20,000 nucleotides of DNA from an uncultured virus (IMG/VR IMGVR_UViG_3300037963_003145) (lineage: Duplodnaviria; Heunggongvirae; Uroviricota; Caudoviricetes): the IMG/VR virus record IMGVR_UViG_3300037963_003145. One strand, given 5' to 3'. A program made the translations under genes and the position numbers. A model generated the notes under the pieces. It searched no databases, had not been told where the DNA came from, and saw only the letters and a program-made list of their open reading frames with translations. Positions 1 through 8,505 of the stretch are shown here, piece by piece (positions within the stretch are counted from its first letter, which is position 1; each line of letters starts with the position of its first letter).

Positions 1-1
1 T

Positions 2-442
2 ATCTCACTGATTGCTCGTGACGAAAGTCAACACCTAGTAATCACCCAAAACATTCTGAAGAATTGGGCGAATGGTGATGATCCTGAGATGTTAGAAATC
101 ATGCAGGAAGAGGAAGAGAATGTCTATCAGATGTTTAAAGACACTGTAGAAGAAGAGAAGGATTGGGCAGAATATCTCTTCAAAGATGGATCTATGATTG
201 GTTTGAATGCTAAACTACTCGATTCTTATGTTGAGTATATTGCTAACCGTCGTATGAAAGCAATTGGTTTAAAACCAATCTTTGATACTCCTATGTCAAA
301 CAATCCATTACCTTGGACACAACATTGGTTGAACTCCAAGATGATGCAGAATGCTCCTCAGGAAACTGAGATTGAATCTTATGTCATTGGAGGTATTAAA
401 CAGGATGTTAAGAAGGATACGTTCGCTGGTTTCCAATTGTGA
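2..442 (+). CDS. nrdB: Ribonucleotide reductase class Ia beta subunit, 3' part (5'-truncated by window)
   Basis: Frame is open from base 2: ISLIARDESQHL (DExxH di-iron motif), EEEKDWAEYLF, YVEYIANRR, APQETEIESY, C-terminal FAGFQL. Confidence 0.96.
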   Translation: MSLIARDESQHLVITQNILKNWANGDDPEMLEIMQEEEENVYQMFKDTVEEEKDWAEYLFKDGSMIGLNAKLLDSYVEYIANRRMKAIGLKPIFDTPMSNNPLPWTQHWLNSKMMQNAPQETEIESYVIGGIKQDVKKDTFAGFQL

Positions 443-596
443 CGAATTATTCTTTGCCTGGTTGGAGGGAAAAGATCCTAGAATCAAACCTTCCAACCCA
501 AGCGGAGAGAGACCTACTATCAAGAGGTCCGTCAAGTCTCGCTCAAGCCTGGAGGATGCAGGCAATAAAATACAAATACCAGATCCATGGGATTGA
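405..596 (+). CDS. Hypothetical protein overlapping nrdB 3' end
   Basis: ATG at 405 with GGAGG at 389-393; fills the gap between nrdB and the terminator; ends IPDPWD. Confidence 0.45.
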   Translation: MLRRIRSLVSNCDELFFAWLEGKDPRIKPSNPSGERPTIKRSVKSRSSLEDAGNKIQIPDPWD

Positions 597-618
597 GGAG
601 CCGTAAGGCTCCTTTTTT
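596..618 (+). terminator. Rho-independent terminator
   Basis: AGGAGCC-GTAA-GGCTCCT followed by a T run. Confidence 0.85.
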
Positions 619-622
619 GTAT

Positions 623-629
623 CTAAATA
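623..629 (+). promoter_or_regulatory. Putative T4-type late promoter (CTAAATA)
   Basis: Variant of TATAAATA just after a terminator and about 20 nt before ATG 651. Confidence 0.55.
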
Positions 630-650
630 CTTAAGGTAATAAAAAAGCAT

Positions 651-968
651 ATGTTGTCTACACAATACCGTCTAAGGATGGAGTTTATTTGCACAAAGAT
701 TGCCAACAACGAAGAGGTAAAAATTGAAGATATGATCTGGGCGCAGAAATTAGCTAAGTCTAATAAATCTGCTGAAGCCATGTTACGTATGGCCAGGAGG
801 AAAGCAACCTCTCCAGACGCGCCTGAGGGTGGCTTAGATGATTTTATGAATAGGATGGATATTGGCGATCCCGATCCATCCAATCACAGGTCAGGGTTCG
901 GTAGTGTGGATGAAATTGTTGAATGGTTTCATCAGGAAAAAACAGATGACTGGAGACAACGTGACTAA
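651..968 (+). CDS. Hypothetical phage protein
   Basis: 105-aa ORF, AAGGT upstream, overlaps the next ORF. Confidence 0.75.
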   Translation: MLSTQYRLRMEFICTKIANNEEVKIEDMIWAQKLAKSNKSAEAMLRMARRKATSPDAPEGGLDDFMNRMDIGDPDPSNHRSGFGSVDEIVEWFHQEKTDDWRQRD

Positions 969-1257
969 ACAACTTTTTCTTGTTGATATTGAAGATGGTA
1001 GGTCTGTCATGCATGATGGATATATTCAACTTGGTGTTTTCCCTCACTCTGCTGAAAGACACATTGAGTTAAGTAACTCTATTTGTGGTGATGATCCAAT
1101 TGATTGGCAAGTAACATACTGGATGCCTGATCCATTTTGTATGAGGTACAAAAGATCCAACTTCCAGAAGACTATGAAGGCGAACGAAGGTTCACCTAAG
1201 ACTGATAATTCATCGGACTACAATCAACCACAATCAAGATTAGATAGAACATTATAG
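961..1257 (+). CDS. Hypothetical phage protein
   Basis: Probable GTG start at 961 (GGAG upstream) within track ORF 862..1257. Confidence 0.65.
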   Translation: MTKQLFLVDIEDGRSVMHDGYIQLGVFPHSAERHIELSNSICGDDPIDWQVTYWMPDPFCMRYKRSNFQKTMKANEGSPKTDNSSDYNQPQSRLDRTL

Positions 1258-1261
1258 GGGA

Positions 1262-1290
1262 TTGACACATCTGTTGAATGTCAGTAGAAT
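1262..1290 (+). promoter_or_regulatory. Sigma70-type promoter
   Basis: TTGACA(1262-1267)-17 nt-TAGAAT(1285-1290). Confidence 0.75.
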
Positions 1291-1341
1291 AACTCTGCTA
1301 GGGTTCAAGGGAACTATATAGCTTAAATTTAAAGCTATAAT

Positions 1342-1674
1342 ATGAAACCTCAAAGTGCAAAGGCGAAAGGTAGAAATTTACAGAAGTGGGTTAGAGAACA
1401 ACTCATTGAAAGATTAGATATTCATCCTGAGGATGTTGAATCTAGATCTATGGGTGCTGGTGGAGAGGATTTAATTATGGCACGTGCTGCCAGAGAAAAG
1501 TTTCCACATAGTATTGAATGTAAGAATGTAGAAAAATTAAATGTATGGGACGCTTACGATCAGGCAAAAGCTAATTGTGGTAAGTATGAACCTCTTGTGG
1601 TTATGAAGAAGAATCATAAAAAACCACTAGTTGTTGTGGATGCAGAATATTTTATTAGCCTTTTTAATAAATAG
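1342..1674 (+). CDS. PD-(D/E)XK nuclease, Holliday junction resolvase-like
   Basis: N-terminal SAKAKGRNLQ helix, GEDL and SIECKN (ExK) motifs, Hjc-like size. Confidence 0.7.
   Translation: MKPQSAKAKGRNLQKWVREQLIERLDIHPEDVESRSMGAGGEDLIMARAAREKFPHSIECKNVEKLNVWDAYDQAKANCGKYEPLVVMKKNHKKPLVVVDAEYFISLFNK
1666..1673 (+). promoter_or_regulatory. Putative late promoter (AATAAATA)
   Basis: NATAAATA 22 nt before ATG 1696. Confidence 0.55.
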
Positions 1675-1695
1675 GGCTGCCTTACCTTTTTTAAT

Positions 1696-1980
1696 ATGGA
1701 GTCAAATCCACAGAAGAAAGAGGAAACCAAAAAGGAAAATAAATTTGAGTGGGCTGATGAAGGGGTATCTACCCTGGTACGTGTTGTTATTTTAGGCTGG
1801 TCAGCATCAATCCTGACCCTTAATTATGTAACTGTTCCTGGTATTCCTCAAAAAAACATTGATCCAACTTTTATAGCATCTGTCTTTACTGGCACGCTAG
1901 CTACTTTTGGAGTTATGCCTGCTAAGAAGAAGGATGAAGAAAAACCTAAAGAGGAAAAAACTGATGCAAAAATTAATTAA
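1696..1980 (+). CDS. Small two-TM membrane protein
   Basis: Two hydrophobic segments (VSTLVRVVILGWSASILTLNYV; FIASVFTGTLATFGVM) with charged termini. Confidence 0.75.
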   Translation: MESNPQKKEETKKENKFEWADEGVSTLVRVVILGWSASILTLNYVTVPGIPQKNIDPTFIASVFTGTLATFGVMPAKKKDEEKPKEEKTDAKIN

Positions 1981-2221
1981 TATTCTCGCTCTTGCTTCTT
2001 TTGCTGTATCTGCTTCTATTGTTGGTGCAGGTACATATCTCTATCTTAATAAAGATGTATTAATTGAAGATGCAAGAAACAATGTAACTAAGGCTGCTAC
2101 AGAAGCAATTACTGATGCGCTTCCTGGTTTAGTTAACTCAGCAATGCCTAAGTTACCATCCGCTACTGGTGGTGCAATTCCAACTGGTGGTATGACTGGT
2201 CCTGATATTCGATTACCATGA
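1964..2221 (+). CDS. N-terminally anchored membrane protein
   Basis: ATG 1964 (GAGGA upstream); MQKLINILALASFAVSASIVGAGTYLYL, then helical and Pro/Gly-rich tail. Confidence 0.75.
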   Translation: MQKLINILALASFAVSASIVGAGTYLYLNKDVLIEDARNNVTKAATEAITDALPGLVNSAMPKLPSATGGAIPTGGMTGPDIRLP

Positions 2222-2802
2222 CAAAACCTTCTCCATTAAAAATAACAGCTATCGCATTAGGTGCGGTTGTAGGAATTTCTCATGTAGGATTACTCGGTTA
2301 TGTTCTGAGAGACAATACTCCTACAGTTAAACAAGTTCCTACTATCAATATTCCCCGTGGTGATTATTCTTCTTACACTATTAAAGCGGGTAAAGATGGA
2401 TATGAAATAGAATACCGTGCTAACGATCCTGCTATTTTAGAATCAGAAAGATCTCTACATCTTGATAAAGATAAGAGAGGATGGTTCGGTGGAGGTTCTG
2501 AAGTACGGAATGAATATCGTCGTGATCAATATACTATGGACGGAACCCGTAACATCGGGGGAGGTGAAATAGGTGAAGTGGGAAAGACAGGAGGTGTCAG
2601 CGCCGAGTGTTTAGTGGCAGACGCTGGGGCCCGATCACAAGGTGCGATGGCGGGAACTAGTATTGCTGCTGGTATCGGTGTTCCTGCTGTTGCTAGTATT
2701 CCATACATCGGTTGGTTAGCTGGTGGGTGGATGTTACTCCTAGGACAGAAAGCAGGATCTGAATTAGGATCACAAGTTGGTAGTGTATTTAATGATTGCT
2801 AA
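2218..2802 (+). CDS. Membrane protein with C-terminal glycine-zipper-like hairpin
   Basis: N-terminal hydrophobic segment; GxxxG repeats (GAMAG, GWLAGG, GQKAGSELGSQVG) bracketed by two Cys; ATGA overlap. Confidence 0.75.
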   Translation: MTKPSPLKITAIALGAVVGISHVGLLGYVLRDNTPTVKQVPTINIPRGDYSSYTIKAGKDGYEIEYRANDPAILESERSLHLDKDKRGWFGGGSEVRNEYRRDQYTMDGTRNIGGGEIGEVGKTGGVSAECLVADAGARSQGAMAGTSIAAGIGVPAVASIPYIGWLAGGWMLLLGQKAGSELGSQVGSVFNDC

Positions 2803-3620
2803 TGGATATTCCAGAAATTCGAGTTGATAATTTAGATATTAGAACAACTAAATTAGATATTAAATCAATTGAAATTGTTGATGTATTGAATGCACCATCA
2901 TCATCGATACCAGTTGCGCCTCCAGTTGTTCTTAATGTAGGTATACCAGTTGTTGATATGCCTGGTTGCGTAGAGGCGCATGAAACTAATAACGTAAAGA
3001 ATGATAAAATCAATGAAGACGATTCAAACGGTCTGGTCACGTACTGCGATACTGGTCTTCCTGGTTTCAATCCTATTTCTTTTGAACCTGAGCAGATGAT
3101 ATTTACTGGTGAGGCTGAAGTGCCACCAGTAAAACCACCAGAGTCTCCAGAAGTTCCTGAAGCACCAGAGGTCAAACCACCACCAGTCAAGTCTGCAACA
3201 ATAGAGTGTCCAACGCCTGCTCAAGACGCAAAAGAACCCGTCGGCACATTGGTCAACGGGTTCAGAGAAAAAGTTACTGGATATAAACTAATAGGAAATG
3301 AATGTATTCAGGAAACTGAACCAGTTCCTATTCAAGTACAATTAGTAGAAGGATTACCTAGCGCTGGTGCGGTGACCGCCACCGCTTCGATTGCTGTTGT
3401 TGCGACGACTTCTGCACTGCTCGCAAAACCTCTTGCTGACCTTCTGTTAAAAGTGGTGAAACCTGCTGTGAAGAAAGTGATGAAGAAGATTGCTGCGATA
3501 AGGGGGAAGACTCTCCCTGTCCAGTCCGTGAAGGAACGTCAGGTTGAACAACGTCAGAGGAATCATGCGATTCGTGCTCTTCGTGAGGTTTTACCGAAGA
3601 AGAAGAAACCGAAGGGATAG
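2802..3620 (+). CDS. Cys/Pro-rich protein with C-terminal membrane anchor
   Basis: ATG 2802 overlaps the upstream stop; four Cys, PE-rich linker, hydrophobic TATASIAVVATTSALLA, then basic helix. Confidence 0.75.
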   Translation: MDIPEIRVDNLDIRTTKLDIKSIEIVDVLNAPSSSIPVAPPVVLNVGIPVVDMPGCVEAHETNNVKNDKINEDDSNGLVTYCDTGLPGFNPISFEPEQMIFTGEAEVPPVKPPESPEVPEAPEVKPPPVKSATIECPTPAQDAKEPVGTLVNGFREKVTGYKLIGNECIQETEPVPIQVQLVEGLPSAGAVTATASIAVVATTSALLAKPLADLLLKVVKPAVKKVMKKIAAIRGKTLPVQSVKERQVEQRQRNHAIRALREVLPKKKKPKG

Positions 3621-4401
3621 CATGAACGTGTGGGTGTGTATGTCCTGGTGGATTATTTACCAACACATCTGCACAAATTTTATAATAGGGACTCTTGGGG
3701 TGGAATTGAATACCACGTAGCATCAAATCGCCACAGTTCTTAAGTCTTGCTATTTCAAAATCCAATCTCTTATTAGCAGTTAGTTGTTGCATCATTTCGA
3801 TGTTAGCAGCTGCTGCTTCTTTACATTGTTCTTGTAACTTATTATCTAATGGTCTGGACCATGTAGCAGAAAAACCTATTGATAGGTTAGTATTATTCTT
3901 TTGACCTGTTCTAACTGGAACTTGATAAAGCACTGATCCCGGATTATCCGGTGCTCCGTCTTCATCTAGGTCACGCATGTCATAAACATTATCAAAGTAT
4001 TCATCCTGAAATGGATGTTGTTGTGATAAAGACCCCGTTACATACGGGGTAACATTCATAGTTGGTCCCTGGCATTGAATTCCTCCGCCATAAGTATTTG
4101 TGATATAGGGACCTTGTAAAACCTGGATCGCTTGATTAGTAACAGAGCCTGAAGAATTAGCAACAGGAGCAGCTGTGGCGCTAACACCACCCACAGTCTC
4201 AGCGATTGCTTGAGATGGAAATAATACACTTAAACCTATTGCGAGAAGATACTTGTAGTGTCCGTTATACTTTGAACCTCTGTCACTCTTTCTATAATTG
4301 TATGGTTGCTTAGCCCTGGACCTTGATAGGTTTCGGTGAATTGAAAAGCAGCCCCTGGTGTTGTTTGTGTGAATTGGGGTTTGGTGCTGATTCCTGTCCA
4401 T
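3358..4401 (-). CDS. Exported protein of unknown function (start uncertain)
   Basis: Internal signal-peptide-like YKYLLAIGLSVLFPSQAIA, DLDEDGAPD Ca-loop-like motif, four Cys in the mature part; long overlaps at both ends. Confidence 0.7.
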   Translation of the reverse strand: MDRNQHQTPIHTNNTRGCFSIHRNLSRSRAKQPYNYRKSDRGSKYNGHYKYLLAIGLSVLFPSQAIAETVGGVSATAAPVANSSGSVTNQAIQVLQGPYITNTYGGGIQCQGPTMNVTPYVTGSLSQQHPFQDEYFDNVYDMRDLDEDGAPDNPGSVLYQVPVRTGQKNNTNLSIGFSATWSRPLDNKLQEQCKEAAAANIEMMQQLTANKRLDFEIARLKNCGDLMLRGIQFHPKSPYYKICADVLVNNPPGHTHPHVHAIPSVSSSSVKPHEEHESHDSSDVVQPDVPSRTGQGESSPLSQQSSSSLSSQQVSPLLTEGQQEVLRAVQKSSQQQQSKRWRSPHQR

Positions 4402-4700
4402 GTTGATGTCACTCCGTCAATCGTTACATTGTTTGTTCCTGTCCCTGGAGACAGATTTCCATTTGCTGTAACACCACTACCAGTTGCTGAATACTGGTAT
4501 CCGGTGTTATAATCCATTGAATTAATGGTTTCAGTTATTTTCTGAGTCGTCTCTGTGTGGCTCGTCATTGAGCCCTGTGTGAAGTTTGGGACCACGGGGA
4601 CCGCCCGGGCACTTGCAGCAGTAAGAGAGACTGCCACCACACTTATCACAGTAGATGTGATTGTCTTTCCAAAATGGATGTTCACGGGGATTGTCCTCAA
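4236..4700 (-). CDS. Exported Thr/Ser/Gly-rich beta protein
   Basis: Signal peptide ending ASARA; alternating beta-strand pattern at both termini. Confidence 0.75.
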   Translation of the reverse strand: MRTIPVNIHFGKTITSTVISVVAVSLTAASARAVPVVPNFTQGSMTSHTETTQKITETINSMDYNTGYQYSATGSGVTANGNLSPGTGTNNVTIDGVTSTWTGISTKPQFTQTTPGAAFQFTETYQGPGLSNHTIIERVTEVQSITDTTSIFSQ

Positions 4701-5200
4701 TCAATTACCGTGATCTCTGATACAAATTGTCCGATTCCACTTGTTCCGGCGCCTCCTGCGGTGACTGTGAGGACTCCAGCAGAGGTGACAGTTCCAGCAA
4801 GGCTTCCAGCAGAACCTGCAGTGTAAGAAGTGGTGTTAGAAAAGTTAGGCACTGTACCTACCGTTGCAGCACTTTGGGGAACAGCATCACCTTGAGTATA
4901 TGATTGACTAAAGGAGAATGCAGCTCCTGCTGTATCTTGAGTAGCAGCGATAGTACCTGGTGCATAGATACCAGAAGTGATAGTGCCAGCAGAAACAGTC
5001 CCTGCAGTATTACCATCAGTAGTATCTATATTAGATCCAGAGATACTAAATGTTGAGCCAATTCTAGTTGCTTGTGTTCTTGCTGCATCTACGGTCAGCT
5101 GAACACTAGAAGCGTGTTTGGATACTATACCACCAGCGTGTGCTGCTGATGTTGTCATCAATAACATTACGAGTGGAAGAATTTTATTCATAACGCTCAT
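4697..5200 (-). CDS. Exported Thr/Ser/Gly/Ala-rich beta protein
   Basis: MNKILPLVMLLMTTSAAHA signal peptide (start may be 5191); 4-nt overlap with the next gene. Confidence 0.8.
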   Translation of the reverse strand: MSVMNKILPLVMLLMTTSAAHAGGIVSKHASSVQLTVDAARTQATRIGSTFSISGSNIDTTDGNTAGTVSAGTITSGIYAPGTIAATQDTAGAAFSFSQSYTQGDAVPQSAATVGTVPNFSNTTSYTAGSAGSLAGTVTSAGVLTVTAGGAGTSGIGQFVSEITVID

Positions 5201-5215
5201 AGTTTGGACTGCTAT

Positions 5216-5222
5216 TATTTAG
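5216..5222 (-). promoter_or_regulatory. Putative late promoter for the minus-strand cassette
   Basis: TATTTAG on + reads CTAAATA on -, 15 nt upstream of the ORF starting at 5200. Confidence 0.6.
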
Positions 5223-5261
5223 ATACTCTCACATTTCAACATTAAAACATTATGGGGATAT

Positions 5262-5268
5262 CTAAATA
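5262..5268 (+). promoter_or_regulatory. Putative late promoter (CTAAATA), divergent from the 5216-5222 site
   Basis: CTAAATA 20 nt before ATG 5289. Confidence 0.55.
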
Positions 5269-5288
5269 GCTTGAAATTATTGGTTATA

Positions 5289-5453
5289 ATGGCTAGGAAT
5301 CAAATCACCAAGATTGACCTTATGTCAACCATCTACAAATGGAAAACTAGTTTATATGACCATGGAAAATCAAATTTATCAATTGAAGCCCAGACAGGGT
5401 ATCATGAGGCGCTTAATGACATTCTTGAATATCTCAAACAGTTCGGACGTTAA
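5289..5453 (+). CDS. Hypothetical protein
   Basis: ATG 5289, 54 aa, helical. Confidence 0.6.
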   Translation: MARNQITKIDLMSTIYKWKTSLYDHGKSNLSIEAQTGYHEALNDILEYLKQFGR

Positions 5454-5529
5454 TAGTAACATTACGGATGTTACAAATTCACCTGCAGATTGGGAGGATT
5501 TTTGGTATAATGAGGATGGAAGAAATTAA
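5404..5529 (+). CDS. Hypothetical small protein
   Basis: Bridges the gap between neighbours; acidic/aromatic DWEDFWYNE; start uncertain. Confidence 0.4.
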   Translation: MRRLMTFLNISNSSDVNSNITDVTNSPADWEDFWYNEDGRN

Positions 5530-5758
5530 ACCTTCTCACTACGTAACAGAAGAAAAGTGTCAGGAGATGATTGATGCTGCTATTACTCAGCACAATCGTA
5601 ATGCGTCTATGATTAGTATGATCCTAGGGATTATATTTTTCGCACTCTTTGCTGATGGATTCTTCAGAATAATTGGCATGATCCCTCCTTTCCTGGGGAT
5701 CGATGTTAGTATCATCAAAGAAATTGTTCAGGAAGTTTTGGAAAAAATTCAATCATGA
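5516..5758 (+). CDS. Small membrane protein upstream of gnd
   Basis: ATG 5516; hydrophobic ISMILGIIFFALFADGFF; ATGA overlap with gnd. Confidence 0.7.
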   Translation: MEEIKPSHYVTEEKCQEMIDAAITQHNRNASMISMILGIIFFALFADGFFRIIGMIPPFLGIDVSIIKEIVQEVLEKIQS

Positions 5759-6822
5759 AAGTAGGTATTATTGGTCTGGGTCGCATGGGTGAGGGTATGT
5801 CTCGCCGCATGATGAAAGCAGACATCGAAGTTCACGGTTATAGGAGAAACTATGCTAAAGCTCAAGAACAATTTGAAAAGGGTTATATCAGTGGATGTAC
5901 CACTTCTATTGAAACTCTTGTTCAAGTAGTAAAATTTAAGGAGGTTATCTACGGAGAAAAATCTGGAGAAACAATCCACACAGAACAACCAGGTGTTTTC
6001 ATGATGGTTGTCCCAGCAGAACTTGTACAGGAGACTTTAGATGAGCTACTACAGTTTTGTAGCGAGGGAGATATTATTATTGATCATGGCAATAGCAATT
6101 TTAAAGACAGTCGGAAGAGAGCCGAGTACTGTGCAAAATTGGGCATCGCATATCTTGACTGTGGCACTAGTGGTGGTGTCTATGGTTTGGATCGTGGATA
6201 CTGTCTTATGGTTGGTGGCGGAGGTACTGCAGTCGATGCTTGCCGCTCAATCTTTGATGCACTCTCTCCAGGCATCAATGCTGCACCAAGAACAGGTGAC
6301 AAAGATTATGTGTGGTATCCAGAAGAATATGGATGGATGCACTGTGGTGGACCAGGTGCGGGTCATTTTGTAAAGATGGTCCACAACGGTATTGAATATG
6401 GTATCATGCAAGCATATGCAGAAGGTTTTAATATTCTTCATGAGGCAAATGCAGGAAGAGCTTATGTTGCTGAAGGTGATGCCGAAGTGGCTCCCATGGA
6501 ACACCCCGAAGATTATTGTTACGATATTGATGTATCTAAGGTTGCTGAGTTATGGCGTAGGGGTTCTGTTGTTGGTAGCTGGTTACTTGACCTTACCGCT
6601 GATGTTTTACGGAGCGATCGAGAGCTTAGCAAGTTCGATGGGGGAGTATCAGATAGTGGTGAGGGTCGTTGGACTGTTCACGCTGCTGTGGATCTCGGTG
6701 TTCCAGCCCCTGTTATTTCTTCTGCTCTCTATGAACGTTTCGGATCTAGGAGATTAGGGAAATTTGCAAACAAAATTTTGAACGGAATGCGTGCTATGTT
6801 TGGTGGTCATGACGTTCGCTGA
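5755..6822 (+). CDS. gnd: 6-phosphogluconate dehydrogenase (short type)
   Basis: GIIGLGRMG, DHGNS, DCGTSGG, GHFVKMVHNGIEYG, SDSGEGRW, MRAMFGGH. Confidence 0.97.
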   Translation: MKVGIIGLGRMGEGMSRRMMKADIEVHGYRRNYAKAQEQFEKGYISGCTTSIETLVQVVKFKEVIYGEKSGETIHTEQPGVFMMVVPAELVQETLDELLQFCSEGDIIIDHGNSNFKDSRKRAEYCAKLGIAYLDCGTSGGVYGLDRGYCLMVGGGGTAVDACRSIFDALSPGINAAPRTGDKDYVWYPEEYGWMHCGGPGAGHFVKMVHNGIEYGIMQAYAEGFNILHEANAGRAYVAEGDAEVAPMEHPEDYCYDIDVSKVAELWRRGSVVGSWLLDLTADVLRSDRELSKFDGGVSDSGEGRWTVHAAVDLGVPAPVISSALYERFGSRRLGKFANKILNGMRAMFGGHDVR

Positions 6823-6940
6823 TGTCCTTTTTTGGGGAGCAATACCGTTTGTACTTTCCACAGTATATTTCGGGTTACGAAAAGGTGAAAATGTCTACTA
6901 TGAATCGGAGGATTATGACGGAAATGGAACTGCCCATTAG
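6809..6940 (+). CDS. ndhP: NdhP-like subunit of photosynthetic NDH-1L (43 aa)
   Basis: Manual translation MTFADVLFWGAIPFVLSTVYFGLRKGENVYYESEDYDGNGTAH: single TM plus FG..YY...Y.GNG.AH tail, as in cyanobacterial NdhP; below the ORF-track cutoff. Confidence 0.85.
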   Translation: MTFADVLFWGAIPFVLSTVYFGLRKGENVYYESEDYDGNGTAH

Positions 6941-8264
6941 TAAACGTATAGTTATCTTTGGTGCTACTGGAGATCTATGCAGGAGAAAATTAATTCCAGC
7001 ACTATATCAATTATGGTGTAAACATCTACTACCACAAAGTCTTTTAATTGTAGGTGCTTCTAGAAGAGAAATTGAAAGACAAACCTGGATAGATTCATTA
7101 GGAGAATATGCAGAGGAGTTTACACACTGGTTAGACTTTGTGTCTTGTGATTTATCTTGTCCAGAAAGTCTAATGAAACTGCATGATAAAAGTGCAGATA
7201 CAACTTATTTTTTATCAGTTCCGCCTAATACATATGCGGATGCAATTACTAATCTTAAATCAGCAGGATTCTTAGATGACCCAGAAAGATCGCGTGTTGT
7301 TATTGAAAAACCCTTTGGGTACGATCTTAAATCTGCTGATCATCTACAGCATGTGGTGGAGCGAAATCTACGCGAGAAACAAGTCTATCGCATTGATCAT
7401 TATCTCGGTAAAGATACTGTTAATAATATCCTTACCACCCGTTTTAGCAATACTTTACTGGAACCACTTTGGAACCGGCAGTACATAGATGAGGTTCAGA
7501 TCTTCGCTACCGAAACTATAGGGTGTGAAGGTCGTTCACAATACTATGATGGTTCGGGTGTCGTTAGAGACATGTTACAGAACCATATGCTACAGGTTCT
7601 TGCATTGATTGCTATGGAAGCGCCATGTAGGATGAATGCTACAGAGATTCGTAGAGAGAAAACAAAAGTTCTTGCTGCAACTAGATTAGGACACAAAGTA
7701 GTTTTTGGACAGTACGATGATTACAAATCTGAGGAAGGTGTTGATCCTGACAGTCACACTGCTACCTATATTGCTGGTGACTTATATATCGATAACTGGC
7801 GTTGGGAGGGAGTTCCTTTTCACTTTATGAGTGGAAAGAAAATGCCTTATCAATGTGTTGAGGTAGTTATTAAACTTAAAGCACCACCACAACAATTGTT
7901 TGATGGTCATGAATATAATGACCGTATTGTAATGAGATTACAACCACATCCACACTTTGATATTAGAATTAATATGAAAGCACCTGGATTTAAAAATGAT
8001 GTTGAGACTGCAACTCTCACTCATCGATATCCAGATTGGTTAGGTGTCGATGGTTATGAAAAACTTCTATATGATGCTCTTTATAATGACCAGTCACACT
8101 TTGTTCATTCAGAAGAAGTTCTAGAATCTTGGAGGATTGTCGATGATTTACTTTGCACTGGGGATAATTGCCCCATACGTACTACTCCTTATGTCTATCG
8201 TCCTGGTTCCTGGGGACCATGGCACAAAACAGATGAAATAACTAAATGGGATTTTCCAGCATGA
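6915..8264 (+). CDS. zwf: Glucose-6-phosphate 1-dehydrogenase
   Basis: GATGDL, EKPFG, RIDHYLGK, RDMLQNH; start more likely 6915 or 6924 (GGAGGA upstream) than 6822. Confidence 0.97.
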   Translation: MTEMELPISKRIVIFGATGDLCRRKLIPALYQLWCKHLLPQSLLIVGASRREIERQTWIDSLGEYAEEFTHWLDFVSCDLSCPESLMKLHDKSADTTYFLSVPPNTYADAITNLKSAGFLDDPERSRVVIEKPFGYDLKSADHLQHVVERNLREKQVYRIDHYLGKDTVNNILTTRFSNTLLEPLWNRQYIDEVQIFATETIGCEGRSQYYDGSGVVRDMLQNHMLQVLALIAMEAPCRMNATEIRREKTKVLAATRLGHKVVFGQYDDYKSEEGVDPDSHTATYIAGDLYIDNWRWEGVPFHFMSGKKMPYQCVEVVIKLKAPPQQLFDGHEYNDRIVMRLQPHPHFDIRINMKAPGFKNDVETATLTHRYPDWLGVDGYEKLLYDALYNDQSHFVHSEEVLESWRIVDDLLCTGDNCPIRTTPYVYRPGSWGPWHKTDEITKWDFPA

Positions 8265-8344
8265 GTTCTTTATTTGTATTCACATTTATATTACTCCTCG
8301 TCTCGGTGATGGAGTACACATGGCCTATCAAAAACAGAAGGTAG
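8261..8344 (+). CDS. 27-aa single-TM peptide
   Basis: MSSLFVFTFILLLVSVMEYTWPIKNRR; ATGA overlap with the zwf stop; ends 2 nt before the next ATG. Confidence 0.5.
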   Translation: MSSLFVFTFILLLVSVMEYTWPIKNRR

Positions 8345-8346
8345 CA

Positions 8347-8505
8347 ATGCATTTCATTCAACTATTTGTTCGACATACCATGGAGAATCCATATTCTCTA
8401 GGACTGCTGTCTTTACTACTAATTGTAGTTCCTATCATAGGAATGGACCTAGTTCATAAATACGGCTGGGAGCATTGGGAACCTTTTACGAGGAAACATG
8501 AATGA
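8347..8505 (+). CDS. Small single-TM protein
   Basis: ATG 8347 with AAGG upstream; LGLLSLLLIVVPIIGM then HKYGWEHWEPF. Confidence 0.65.
   Translation: MHFIQLFVRHTMENPYSLGLLSLLLIVVPIIGMDLVHKYGWEHWEPFTRKHE

Noticed and set aside
6822..6914. N-terminal extension of zwf in the ORF track
   Set aside because: Region is better explained by the NdhP-like ORF in another frame; GGAGGA precedes ATG 6915/6924
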